A program made the position numbers and the translations under genes. A DNA stretch of 64,000 nt from Octopus sinensis. Taxonomy: Eukaryota. Shown in pieces: positions 13,090-26,589 of the stretch. The DNA is taken from positions 65,782,001 to 65,846,000 of the forward strand of contig NC_042997.1 of the NCBI RefSeq assembly GCF_006345805.1, written 5' to 3'. Every line of letters starts with the position of its first letter. Position 1 is the first letter of the stretch. The notes under the pieces are model-generated. The model had not been told where the DNA came from. It ran no database searches and worked only from the letters and a program-made list of their open reading frames with translations.

Positions 13090-13555
13090 ACGAAATAGGT
13101 AGATCCTGTGGCTCTGAGGGCATCGGAAGTGAGGTGGGGTGATGATGTCTCCTCCTCTTTTTGTATAGTCCCCTACATTCAGTTTCAAAGTGCTCTACTC
13201 CGGCATTACACACGGACCTTCTTGATTTCCGATTAAGAGCCATTAAGTCCAACCAATTGGGTTGGGACACCGCATAAAATGAGAGACCGCTTGAGATGAT
13301 CATGAAAACGAGGTTTTGGTGGGGCTATTTCCAATCTCGATTTTGCTGAAGACGGCCATCTTTGGGGGCCGGTTACCCGGCATCCGATTCACATGGCCAA
13401 CCCGGCAGAGAAGACGACGGAGGATGCAGGCTTCAGTGCTAAGATCCCAGCATCAGGAAGATTTGGGTATGAGGCACTTTATCCTTCCACGTGAGACCGA
13501 AGATACTTTGGAATGTTCTGAAATGGAACGCTTCCAGTTGTCTGATCTGGCGCCA
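13090..13555 (-). mobile_element. RTE-clade (BovB-like) LINE 3' fragment
   Basis: RQLEAFHFR..IFGLTWKDKVPHT...GHVNRMPGNRPPKM...KPRFHDHLKRSL, typical of the RTE post-RT region. Confidence 0.8.
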
Positions 13556-14519
13556 TTAAAGGGTCTATAGCATTCAAACCCTTAAAGAAGGGATGGATAA
13601 AGACACAGCTCGATAAAAGGAGATTTCTGTACTTGCTCTAAGACTCATTTGTGCAATCTCACGTATTACATATATGAACCACATACAATCAAAGCGCTCA
13701 CTCAAATATGGTTTCTGAGAAGGGAGTGAAACTATAACATTATTTTCTTATTTGGATATTTCTCTGATACTATCATTTTGAGTCTCAAAATAATTTGGAA
13801 ATTTATAATAAAAAAATTACTCATGTACTCTAAGAAACGATAACACCGTGTAATTATAACACCGTATAACAAAATTTTTCTTTATTTGTTTATTGTCTTT
13901 TCTCAGTAAGTGTTATTTCCTATTTGTTTCTGTCTAGAAACCACAGGGAATGACTAATATCCCTTCAGGAGTATTGATACACAGACAACTCGATAAACGG
14001 GGATCTTTATACTTGCTCTAATGTTCTTGTTCTAAAAGTCTCGTTCGCCAAGTCAATCACTCTATATCCAGTTGTCATGTTTGAGAACTAGTGCGCGCCT
14101 AGTTACCATGAATTTAAAACTAATATAATCAACATCATTTTGAAAACCAGATAATACCAGCACTTAAATTCTCTACAAAAAGTATGACATTTCTAAAGAT
14201 AAAGAACGTCGAACATCTTACCTCTTTACATGGATTAAATACCCAACAAATATTTGAACAAATATTTGCTGATTCATTATATGAGACATAATTGATTATC
14301 TGCAGAATTTTTTCTATAATTTTGCAACTGTGTTGCAAATATTTGATGTCAATTACAGTCATTTAAGTTTTGCAATAAAATAATACTACCATAGTAGGCT
14401 GTATCTAGCTGCTAAAATTGCTCTTAAAATTTATACGATTTTATTTTATTCATTTATTTATTTATTTATTTTTTCGATACTCGAAAATGTATTGAATGTT
14501 AAAGAATTTCTACGGAGAA

Positions 14520-14720
14520 CAGATGGTCAGAAACGGTAGAATATCAAACAAAAGGCACTTTGATATTTAGTTATGGCTGTCTATATTTTGAGCTAAAATT
14601 CTGCTAGGGTCGGCTTTGCTTTTCATCTTTCCTGAGTCGATCTAATAAAGTAACAGTCAAGTAATATGATCGATTTAATCAATTATACTTCCCACAAATG
14701 TGAGACCGTGTCTCTATGTA
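14520..14720 (+). mobile_element. Degenerate SINE, family A
   Basis: gggtcggctttgcttttcatc...gtcgat.taataaagta body. Confidence 0.65.
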
Positions 14721-15762
14721 AAAAAATCAATATAGAATTTTCTGGAAAAAAATTAAAGAACATCATAATGCTCGTCTAGTGTTATGTAATCTTTTCATCT
14801 TCCTGTCAACCTATAATATTTATCATCCTTTAAACTTTTAAATTCATTTAATCTAAGTGTCATTATGCACTTCCTCAACTTTCCAGATTCTTTTAAACGA
14901 AAATAAGTAAAAAGTGGAAGACAATAAAACTCTCTAATGTTTTATTAAAATGTAGACAAAGTCAGCTCAGTCGCATTGCATCATGAACATAGAATGTGTT
15001 TACTATATCTGTCTCTCATACTTATTTTCAATTAATTTGAGTTTAAATTAATTAAAAACTCGGGAATCTTAACATATCGATGTAATAGATTAATCACGTT
15101 TAAAAAGTACAAAGGCATTTCATTTTTCAAACATTTCATTGTTTATTGTAAGATGTGGCGCCTGTTATTCCGGTTTCTCTACTTGATTTTTCTAGCATGA
15201 TATATAAATATAATCATACATACGTGTATGTACATGATTGTCTGTGTGTGTGTGTGTGGTGTGTGTTTTCCTTAGGAAAAGTTGAAAATGACTTACAAGT
15301 TTCCGTTTACCAGCAATCATCAGTTATTGACGGCTGATCAGTTGAAACTTTGAGATCACAGTGAACCTCTACCTTGTAAAAATTAATAAATACATGTTCT
15401 ACTAAACAGTATTGAGTGATTCATCAGCTTAATGTCAAATTACTTTCATATGTAGCATCAGACAAAAGAACAAACATTCATATACACACACATACACACA
15501 CTCACATACACACACACATATATATAATGCACACGTATACGTTCATATTAAATATAAATAGAAAGAAATAAGCACCCATTTTTTCTGACACATTTAAAAA
15601 TAAATATGAATGGTACAACACTCATTTTTTCGGTCTCGTAAAGTTTATAAAAAAATCTCTGATCTTGAAGATCACACGGCACAATCAATGTTTGTTCTTT
15701 GCACTTACACTTACACACACGCGCACACACGTACGCACACACACAAACGCATATGCTTATAC

Positions 15763-15794
<32 letters not shown>

Positions 15795-16959
15795 ATACAC
15801 ATACATATATATGTATATGTACATATATATTAAGCAGATAGAGAGGAATATAGTTTGGAGGAGATATATTTGAAATATTTATTACATATAATTCTATTTG
15901 CTTCTTCGAAACTTTATTACAGACTGGGTTCGGGAAAAAAATAGTTAAAAGTATAGCGTTGAACATCATTCATCAATATAAACTGTTTAAATAAGATATT
16001 AGACATCTACGGGGTTGCAGCTTCTCAACGATTTCCCTGCATCGATAAACAATATGTAAGTTTGTGTTAACATACTTCATGCAAAGGGTATTCAAAAAGT
16101 TCTAACCAAAAATAAGAATGGCGAGGTAAAAAAAAAAAAGCAAAAACATGATATCATTCAATGACTAATATTATTTTCTATTTTCCCGCAAGTGCGGGAG
16201 ACATCGATAAACTTGTGTTCACTATTGTAGTTTCTCAATAAAAATACCACTTAATCATTTCACCAGCTATTTCAATAATAATCACTTTAGGCCTGCTACT
16301 ATTCACGTACTTTTTAAGAAGTTTTTGTTTTCATGTTTTGTATTTACTTCTGTTTTTGTTTTCGTTGCTTTGTTTATTTTTACTTTTACTTTATATTTTT
16401 ATTCTTATCTGTTCATTTATATCTATATTTCTTTATTTTCATTTTTATTTATATTTCTTTATTTGTTTCTATTTTTTCTTGTTTTGTTTCATTTTATATT
16501 TTTATTTTTTATTTATATAAATTATTTATTTTGTTAGTTACGAAGAACAAAAATGATTGACAAATTCCTAATGTATTACTGAAATATTTTATTGACTCTA
16601 GAGGAATGAAAGTTAAGGTCGAAATCTTATATAAGTCACTGAACTAGATTTATAAAAAAAGAACGTCTTCTTAGACTGTCTGTAAATTCTGTCAGATTTA
16701 TCCGTCTGTATGTTCTAAACATAATAAATATAGCTCTCAATGGTACAGTTTGTAAAATCGCTGCCGATGGTATTTAAATGGTTCAAATCGCGAATAGGTA
16801 AATAGTCATATTACAGTATTAGTTATCCATTCTTCCATCTCCGCCCACTATTCCTGAGAGGGTTGCAGGGATAGAATCCTCAGGCAACTCTTCCATAGGA
16901 TCCTATCCGAAGCAACCTTCATTAGACTTTCCGGTTGGATTCACAAGTGGGATCCGCAG

Positions 16960-17217
16960 AGACTATGAAGGTAAAGCTACCTTCTAGAGTGATACCGACT
17001 CAAAAGAGCCGGTTTTCTGGTTTCATGGCGTATAAATTCCCCACCTAGACGGAATACCGGTCCGTCACAGGATTACTCATTTTTGCCAGCTAAGTGGACT
17101 GGAGCAACGTGAAACGAAATGTTTTGTTCAAGAACTCAATGCGTTGCCCGGTTCATGAATCGACAATACAATCTTAAGATCATGAGTCCAACACCCTAAC
17201 CACTAAACCATGCGCCC
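16960..17217 (-). mobile_element. tRNA-derived SINE (family shared with 34500-34780 and 45575-45800)
   Basis: Minus-strand head ggcgcatggtttagtggttagggtgttggactcatga with a B-box-like gtcgattc, followed by ..gttgctccagtccact.agc body. Confidence 0.8.
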
Positions 17218-17224
17218 CCAGAAC

Positions 17225-17800
17225 GGTGATTGTGGCTATTATCTAACCATCTCGTTCTTGTTCTACTCCTTAGTCTTTTGCCGGTTGACTTGGCTTGAAG
17301 AATCCGTCTTGTGATTCTTTCCTGCAACATTCCAATTACATGTCTGTAGTACCAGGGCTGTGACTCACAATGCGGAGAAATAGAAGCTCGATCTCGAAAG
17401 ACTCCTTGGTCTTCCAGTTATGCCCCTTGTCAAGCGATATTGCGTCGGGGATCCTTCCGACGAAATCCCATTTTGCGATCCTCCTCTTTCGGTCATTACC
17501 CAACATGCATGACCAAAGGCGAGAAAAGGCACAAAAACCGAATATTGAAGATAGCGAGTTTGGAATTATTACCAACCTCTCCTCTTCTGATGATGGAGTA
17601 CTGCAGCAACTGCAATTCTAGCACCCGGTTCTGTCTCCTGCCTTCCAATACTCGTGAATACGACCCCGAAATACATAAACTTCTCCACTATTAGTTATCC
17701 TAAACGCCAAGTGACACAGCTCAGGTCATGCTGTAATCGCCAAGTAGATGATTGCATTGCTTCCTGATTACGCTACCGGAAATCTGCCAAGCGATGAAAG
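17225..17800 (-). mobile_element. RTE-clade LINE 3' fragment (RT thumb)
   Basis: VEKFMYFGVVFTS.G...; LDKGHNWKTKESFEIELLFLRI; ending in a K.TGKR.RSR.RTRW-like motif. Frameshifted. Confidence 0.75.
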
Positions 17801-18134
17801 GACGAAGTCAGGTGTACGAACAACAAGCAAGTATATTAGTTTGACGCTCGGGAAAAAGGAAAACGTCTTTTACATTTCGAGCCTACGCTCTTCAACAGAA
17901 ATGAATAAGAGAAAGTATAGAGATAGAATGAAAAAACTTGTAGATTTCAGTGGTCCAATGGATCAAAACAGTTTGATTCAAATTCGTTGGTAAGTTGAAA
18001 GCACATGTTAAACTACTCATATATATTTTTTTTTATTTACTGAAGACAGGGAGCTGCGCTTGTGCGGTAGATTTGAAAAATTAGAATGTATAAGCACGGG
18101 GCATATACTGGATTGCCTCGTGTATATATATATA

Positions 18135-18340
18135 TTTAATCTAAGGTGTAACTGCTGAAGAAGGCTTCGCTTAGCAAATTATTTTATCTGCTAAAACAAA
18201 AATTGGTCCAGGAGTTAGATGGTAAATGTCTATATTTTTCATTCCTTTCGATTTTTATCTCTAATAGTGGTTCGGAATTTAACTGTCCTCTCTAGTGTGT
18301 AAGTATTCCTGCCTCTTATATGTTTAAATGTACATTGTAT
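18135..18340 (+). mobile_element. Degenerate relative of the HHR-bearing element at 35517-35827
   Basis: Collinear from ctgctgaaga to ctcttatatgtttaaatgtaca. The stem II/GAAA segment is deleted. Confidence 0.75.
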
Positions 18341-19008
18341 TTATATATATATATGTTGTATAGTGAAACTGAACACACCCATCTAGGTAAAAAGTGGTAT
18401 TAGCCAGCTATCATGAATTGACCAGTAGCCGGTCGACATTGGAAGGGACAAAGAACACCGAGAGAACGTGTAGACTGCGTTGATAGTCGTGTATGTGCTG
18501 ATATAGTAATTATACTGGGATACTGAGTGGACGTTATAATGATCCAACCTTTTGAGGATAATAACAGTTACGACTAGAGATCGTACAGTACCAGATAGAA
18601 ACATCCTTTCGACGACTTCCGAAGATAACAATATCTGTGAGAGCGACAACCGTCGTCAAAAGAAAGATACATCAGTGATAAAAGACTGCTTTACAACTAT
18701 ATATATATATTAAATTAGAGATAAAACCACTATTAGGCAAATCAAACAGTGAAAAACATAAACCAAAACATAAAAATAAAATTAATTAATATAATATACA
18801 AAATATATAAAATATAAAATTTAAATTATTTAAATTTAAAGTTAAAATTTTAAAAAATGTCTAAATCATTAATTTATACTTACTTATAAATTTTTATATA
18901 TATATATTATCTTTATTTTTATTTTTATTTTTTTTCATTAATATATATATAACTATCAAAAGTATTAAAAGTTTAATATAAGATAAAAAGTAAAAAGTAT
19001 ATATATAT

Positions 19009-19065
<57 letters not shown>

Positions 19066-19945
19066 GGGTGCAGTGAATTTTATTGTCGTCATCTGAATAA
19101 CTCAAAAATGAAAATAACATTGACATCTCATTTTAACATATATTTACCAAAATTACATAACAATATCTTCAAATACTAAAGAGTTAATTAATTCAAAAAC
19201 AATAGCTATTAGCTTCAACCATGACCTCCAGACGACTTCGGAATCTCCTGCAGTCTCCTCGTTTAAGTTGGCGAATGCTGCTATAACCCTTGCCTTCACT
19301 TCATCTTTGGTCTTAAAAGGAGTTTTGTTGGTCGCTCACTCAACTGCGCCCCACACATAATAATCAAGAGGGTTTCAGTCTGGGAAGTTAGGTGACCAGA
19401 TGTTAGCGGTGATGTAGTCGCAGAAATTATCAGACAGCCATGACTGGGTTCTCCTGCTTGTGTAGCATGGTGCAGGGTCCTGTTGTCTGACATAGGGTAT
19501 CCCATTAGTCACCCTCTTCATCCAGTGCAGGACTACCTCATTCAAGCACTTGATGTAAGCCTCCCTGTCTGAGGCCGTGTGGCAAGATGAATGGAGACAT
19601 AACGACGCTATCACTAGTGATCACTCCAAACACAATGATGTTGACCGGATGTTTGGTTTTTGTCACTCTCGGTACATGTCCTCAGTTTACACTGTCCACA
19701 GTTTACACTGTCCTCAGGTTGACACCCAAAAGCTCAGAAATGTTCGTATTGGAGCTTCCGGGACAAATCCCAAGCAGTACAGCATGTCATTTCCAAAAGT
19801 GAATTGCGTCATAGTACTGTTTTTCTCAAAGATGGTGCCCAACAGACCCTCCTTTACTGTGTAGTTGACAAGATCAAAAACAAATAATGCGCATGCGCAA
19901 AATTAAGAATTTTCCAAGGCGAAAATTTACCCATCACACCTTGCA
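19066..19945 (-). mobile_element. IS630-Tc1-mariner DD37D (maT-type) transposon remnant
   Basis: YVRQQDPAPCYTSRRTQSWLSDNFCDYITANIWSPNFPD; the spacing to the PLD motif, reconstructed across a frameshift, is D-x37-D. Degenerate ends beside (TA)n. Confidence 0.85.
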
Positions 19946-20860
19946 TGTCTGTACACACACACTTACCGAGTTTGCCAAAAGTCACCCGACAGTAAATCAA
20001 AATTCCATAAATACTATCTGTAATTCTGTATTGACTCGAATGGAAAATGTGTCGCTCATGAAGGACTTCATTTTGAACAATTTTTATGATGCTTCATATT
20101 TAGATGCTTTTATTAAATTCATTCAGTTGTTAATATTGGAATTAAATGGTTACTTTTGGCCACCCCTGTATATCAGCATTTTCCATTTAATGTGCGCTTT
20201 CCTAACTTATGAAGGTAATCTGTGATTTGAAGAAAAATCTCAATTATGTTTGTTGCAGGTCGAGCGTTCTAGTCATGATAAACTCATTGTTTTGTACAAT
20301 AGGAACTATATTGTTAAATGTATTCATTTAAGATTGTGAAGTGTGATTTGTGATAGATTTTGCTGTTATTGGGAGCAAGTCGAACTTACTGTTTCAGCTG
20401 ATGATTGAACTAAGGCAAGGAAAGGTAGGCGTTTGTTCGTTACCAGTTACGTAGTTGCTGTTTAGGGCGGTGTAAGTTGGGACTCAATGATAAAGGAGAG
20501 CTTTTTTGGTTACTTATATGCATATTGACACATAAAAATCATTGTAAGATGCTTTGTAAATTTTATTTAGTTGAAATAATTCATTCCATTTTTATATCAA
20601 TCTATTCGATTGCTCCTGTATACCGTTATTCCATTATACGTATATTCTGATATACACGTTTAGTCCATTATGCTTTTATTCGATTATAGCCTTAATCTAG
20701 TATACCTTTTTTCTCTCTGTTTCACATTTATCCTATCGTGAGAAACGTTTTCAAAAATACCATTTACCAGATTATTATTTTATTCTTTTTTGGCTTTTAG
20801 AGTATTTTTGTTTTTTTCTTTTGTTATTTTGTTGTTGTTGTTGTGTGTGTGTGTGTGTCT

Positions 20861-20942
<82 letters not shown>

Positions 20943-21824
20943 TGTATTTTCAAACCAGATAAAAACGTTCCAATGACTCAATGAAGAGGAAAAAGGCCTC
21001 AGGAACAAGATCACAGAAATTCGTGATATTTTACTATTAATGGTTGGGAATAATTTATTTTCGTTTCATTTGTTTGTGTATCTGTGCGTCTACCTGATTG
21101 TTTTATGTTTATGTATGCAACATTTATATTTTATATATATATAATTCCTCTATAAACATTCGTATAAATATCCTTACCATACAATAAGCAAATCTAGATA
21201 CTTTCAATGTTTTCTGTTATTTCGGTTATATGCATATCCTTTTTTTTATTTATATTTGAGAGTATATCATGTTCAAGCATGAATTCCCTGTTTATGAATA
21301 ATTTCACCTTAAAATATGAACCATACCTTTTTTTTATAATAGCAGCTTTTACGAAGGCATCTTTTTTTTTACTTATTTTGTGTAGTTTGCATTTCCCTGT
21401 ATAGGTATTATTATATTGCTTCTATACTTTCAAAGAACTAGGAGCCCTGGTTGTTAAAAGTACTGCCATTTACATTTTTTAGTATTCGACTCCCAAATGA
21501 GTCATACACGAATCCATATTATACCTCTTCTGATTGTGATGGAAGACGGAATCTCTGGCATATCGAACAAAATGTCTTGCTGTTTATGTTCTCAGTTCAA
21601 ATCCCACCGACTGCCGCTGTCACCAACATATATTTTTTTGAGCCAAAGTTGAAAATCAATATTAACACTTTTGTATGAGGGTGGTAGATTGCAAAGACGG
21701 TAGAACATCGGATAAGATGCTTTTCAGTTTTTAACTATTTCTCTTTCCGTTTTCTGTTCAAATTCCACTATGGTGTGCTTCACCTTTCACTTGTGAAATT
21801 TGATTGTCTTGCGCCTACATTATT

Positions 21825-22209
21825 ACTAGCAGTATCGCCCGGCGTTGCTCGGATTTGTTTCGACCATTTAAAATTGGAATTTTTGAAAAGTAAAACTTTT
21901 GCATTATGTAGCTTGTTATTCTCTTTAAGTGAACATTTTTCTGGTTGAAATACACTGAAAAGTTGCGACACAACAGTCAAAAAATCGTAAAAAATAGGGA
22001 TTTTCATAGAAAAAAAAAGCACCTTTCTGATGTAAATAATTTTTGGTCTTAACGTGAATTTTATCTTCTACGGAAGGAAGAGCAAGCCTTCTTCTACCAT
22101 ACTCTGAATTTTGGTCAACTTGCGCTGCAGGGTCTCGGAGGAGATAGTGTTAGTTGAAGGCTACCAAACCTACCACACACAGACAACATCAGCTTTATAT
22201 ATATAGATT
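21825..22209 (+). mobile_element. Helentron/DINE-1-like non-autonomous element (HINE)
   Basis: 5' ACTAGCAGTATCGCCCGGCGTTGCTCGG and 3' acacacagac...ctttatatatatagat ends, shared with 52133-52527 and 53011-53400. Superfamily inferred from end motifs. Confidence 0.6.
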
Positions 22210-22619
22210 TGCCCAGAAAAAAAATTACTCCACCTCTCTCTCTTTCTCTTTTCTCTCTCTCTCTCTCTCTCTCTCCCTCTCTCTCAAAGGATAAATGTTA
22301 GATTCGTCTCCTTTCACAACTGAATTTACTAAACTGTTTTATGACCTTTTTTTTTTTGTTTAATTATTGATTGAAAAGTGAAGACATCTTTCGTTATTAT
22401 CATCATCTATTGTTATTTTTACGCATTTTATATTTCCATTTTTTTCTTTCCTCCTTACAAACACTATGTGTTGGGGCAAATATTTCTTCTAATTACGTAA
22501 GATAATTGTGGTAGAGAGCGCATTAAACGTGGCTTTACATTGTCTGAACTTTAAGGCGATTTTGTTTTCTTTCGCTTTGAAATTGATTATGTCTATTTCT
22601 GTTGCATTCTATATATTGA

Positions 22620-23085
22620 TGAGGCGGCGAGCTGGCAGAATTGTTAGCACGCTGGACGAAATGCTTAGCAGTATTTCGCCCGTCGCTACGTTCTGAGTTT
22701 AAATTCTTCCAGGGATACTACCTTTTGTCTTATAATTTATCATAATCAACACCAGCTTTTCGAACAACTTACGCAAAATTGTTCGATGTTTATGATGCAT
22801 CATTACTTTGTACTGCTCGGTGTAGGAATTGAGCACATTGTAAACTACTCTAAATCATTATTATTATTATCATTAGAGCTGGCAGATTCGTTAGCATGCT
22901 GGATGAAATGCTTAGCGGTATTTTACCTGTCGCTATGTTCTGAGTTCAAATTCCACCGAGGTCAACTTTGCTTCCATCCTTTCAGAGTCGATAAAATAAG
23001 CAGCTGTCAAGTAGTGGGGCCAACATCATCGACTAACCCCTTCTTTCAAAAGCTGCTGGTTTTGTTCCAAAATTTAAAACCATTA
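22620..23085 (+). mobile_element. Two family A SINEs (22620-22697 head only; 22877-23085)
   Basis: A and B boxes plus family body. Confidence 0.85.
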
Positions 23086-23109
23086 TAAACAACCATTGTC
23101 AATTTTATG

Positions 23110-23860
23110 TTATGTTTAGGGTTGTTATCAGCAGAAAGTTTCAGACCTTCCTCTATATGTGCCAACCCTTTGGCACTATTCTTTGCAGTCAATTTAAGTA
23201 GAGCTGGTGGAGTTTCAGTATTCCCGTTTGTATTCTACGCTTGATCTCCTCTTAATAGCGTCAACTCCTCGTTAAAAAATACTATCTCAGTGAGACAATC
23301 ACATCATTTTCTATGACTCCTTCAAACCCTACATCATTTGCAAGCGTCACAATATCTTTCCAAATTTGATGTAGACTTTCTGCTTGAAGAAAACTTGTAA
23401 AGGTACATATACAATGTGGCCATATATTTTTACCAAACACCATTCAGTGTTGAAGGTTTCACTTCATTCCATGACTCAGCTATTCACAACATCCATAATG
23501 TTGAACTTCTTCCAGAAGTCTCTAACTGTAGATTTATTCTCCCTGTCAGTTGCTTTCGAAAGTTGTTTGAAAGTTCTTCTCACATAATTATATATACTTT
23601 GATCCATTTGAACAAATAAGCTGTGCGCCAGGAGATATATTCTGCTCTCATATCAGAAAGGTCACTTAAATTCACCGAGTGGCGTGGTGCATCATCTAAA
23701 ATGATTAATGTTTGTTGGAAATATTATGTCTGTCATTATACCTTTCTACGGAAGGGCAAATGATGTATCTAAACCATTCTACGAAAAGGCTCTTAGTCAT
23801 CAACGTCTTCTTATTTGAAAGCCAAATAAGCGGCAAATTAAATCTTGTATAACCTTAGAT
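23110..23860 (-). mobile_element. pogo/Tigger-type DDE transposase remnant
   Basis: LIILDDAPRH; VRRTFKQLSKATDRENKSTVRDFWKKFNIMDVVN; ESWNEVKPSTLNGVW; DIVTLANDVGFEGV. Frameshifted. Confidence 0.85.
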
Positions 23861-24664
23861 TTTCGGAGCGATATACGAGTAATCTTAAGGGATTGTATAC
23901 CTGAAAAATAAAAAAAAAACGGCCTAATAACGAATGGGCTGCCTTTGATTATAAACATATTTGATCACGACTGATCTGGAGCTAAATAAAATCACATAGA
24001 ATTGTAACATCACTTTAGATGCCCTTTCCTTTGAATTTGGAATTCTAGTTAGTATTCTAGAAATACTAAGCCCCTTTCATTCTTTCTCATCTTTTCAGAT
24101 TATCGTAGTCCATCACATTGCCTTTTCTTTTAACGTTCACGAAACTTCGCAATGTATTATCACTTCTCGTACACTCGGTAATTAAGCAAATCTTCACAGA
24201 AACTGCACTCTATTAAAACAACGCCCTCCACAAGAGTAGCTATGAAAACCAAAATCAAAAATATAGAACCCACTGCTAGAGCACAAGCATGCAACTAGCA
24301 CAACGACTAAAGAAATATTGCATGTTCCACACCGCCATACAGCATTGATATCGCTATTCCATGGGAGTAGAGTCTCCTTGACACTACTTAAAAAACAGTT
24401 TCCTCCAAATCACGAACATTTCAACATTTTCAACACTACAGTATATGCATAAGTATTATCCATGCATGCATTATAGATATATGTGTGTGTGTACATTATA
24501 TATATATGTGTGTGTATATACACACATGCATATACATATTCATACACCACACACACACACACACACACATACATACACACACATACACACATAGACACAT
24601 ATATATGTGTGTGTGTGACTCTCTCTCTCTCTCTCTTTCTTTCTCTCTCTCTCTCTCTCACTCT

Positions 24665-25125
24665 TCCTCCCTAACTCTCTCGTCGCTGACACGTGACGAA
24701 AAAGTCTATCTTTCTGTCCAAATCCTCCCTAAAGACAACACGTGCTTATACTTGTCTCCTCTCATAAGCTCGTCTTCCTCGCGTTCATAATAATTTTTCT
24801 ATTGTCTTGCTTAACAGCCCTCACCGTTTGTTTTTACTGTCTTGCTCTCACTGTCCTGTTCTTCTTACCACTTTCACCCTCCGCAAAATATCCCCAAATT
24901 TTATTTAATTTGCTCTGCGGGAAGGACTGTTTCAACGAAATCGCATATTGTCCTTGCCTTCAGAATGCAGAATAGATGAAACAAGGTCAACTGATGAAAG
25001 GGAATGTTCTTTATGTTGATTATCTCGTTTCTCTGGATTTTTTCGTTGTTCGAAAAAAATTTCTTTTCTATGTTTTTGTTTTTATGTTTTCGTTTTCTCA
25101 TCATGTTCAAGGTTTTTTATGTCCT
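24665..25125. mobile_element. Dispersed AT-tailed repeat, probably a PLE terminus; copies at 47690-48240 and 37345-37520
   Basis: Shared ccctccgcaaaa.atccc...gcgggaagga...caactgatgaa.gggaatgttctttatgtt. Confidence 0.75.
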
Positions 25126-25232
25126 ATACCCATATATGCATGTATATATACATATATAAATATGTAGGTATGTACATATCGGTATGTACATATATGTATG
25201 TATATATGCATATGTTTATATATTATGTATAC

Positions 25233-25321
<89 letters not shown>

Positions 25322-25322
25322 T

Positions 25323-25358
<36 letters not shown>

Positions 25359-25379
25359 AGTTCATCAAAATTTAGATTC

Positions 25380-25530
25380 AGATGAATATGGTACTTAAGT
25401 CAAAGGCACCAGAATTTTGTATGGTATCATCCATATAAATTAAATGGGGTGATTATAATCTAAATAAGTAACAAGTAAATCCAAGATAGAGTAGTACAAT
25501 TGTTTCATGCTACTTCATTTTATTAAACAC
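25380..25530 (-). mobile_element. Diverged relative of the 46800-47341 HHR element (3' half of the HHR only)
   Basis: Shared gaatatg.tac.taa...gcacca and tggggtgattataa. Minus strand reads GAAA CAAUUG UA CUAC. Confidence 0.65.
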
Positions 25531-25535
25531 TGTAA

Positions 25536-25665
<130 letters not shown>

Positions 25666-25751
25666 TGAGGGAATATTATTCCAAACTTACAGGGAATAAT
25701 TCAAGTTACAAATACTAAGTCAAATCAAATTTCACAAAATATAATACATAT

Positions 25752-25813
<62 letters not shown>

Positions 25814-26032
25814 AAATATATATATATCTTAATTCAATAGTGAAAAATTAAATTATGCCATTTAGAAAAATGACATATTATAGAAAGATTAAATATAAGA
25901 TAAAACATATAATGATGATTAAGTAATGTGCAAAATAATAAATAAAACGTATATATTTGGTAGAATAACGACACGTGTTTCGTGGCTATATTTAAGAAAT
26001 GATAATAGTAAAAATAATATATATATATATAT

Positions 26033-26407
26033 ACAATTCATAAATAAGGGCAAATGAAAAAATTTCTAATGCCAAATATGCCGAAAAATTGGACATATTG
26101 TCCATTAACCATATAATGTTTTCACAATACGCACGCTACTTGAAAAAAGGCCGACAGAAATTTCTAAAAAATTCCATTATTACCATATCGGACCGATTTT
26201 AGGGTTAGCTCATAAAAGCCATTGTTATGAGCTAACCCTAAAATCGGTCCGATATGGTAATAATGGAATTTTTTAGAAATTTCTGTCGGCCTTTTTTCGA
26301 GTAGCGTGCGTATTGTGAAAACATTATATGGTTAATGGACAATATGTCCAATTTTTCGGCATATTTGGCATTAGAAATTTCTTCATTTGCCCTTATTTAT
26401 GAATTGT
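26033..26407. repeat. Near-perfect palindrome, 183-bp arms, 9-nt loop
   Basis: Arms 26033-26215 and 26225-26407; two mismatches seen by eye. Homologous to 34962-35348. Confidence 0.97.
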
Positions 26408-26538
26408 TTATAAATTTAACCTTGAAAGGTATTTTTTAATATGCCGGCCATTGATAAAATTTTTTTCGAAAAGAATTTTTTTTCGAAAAAAAATTTATCC
26501 TACATTAGATATATATATATAATATATTATATATATAT

Positions 26539-26572
<34 letters not shown>

Positions 26573-26589
26573 ATATATATATATACACC

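Noticed and set aside
16325-16560. Hydrophobic, membrane-protein-like ORFs in three frames
   Set aside because: T-rich low-complexity tract; being open in all three frames reflects composition.
20395-20435. CTGATGA...GAAA inside a repeat
   Set aside because: No consistent stem II register, no stem III and no UH site.
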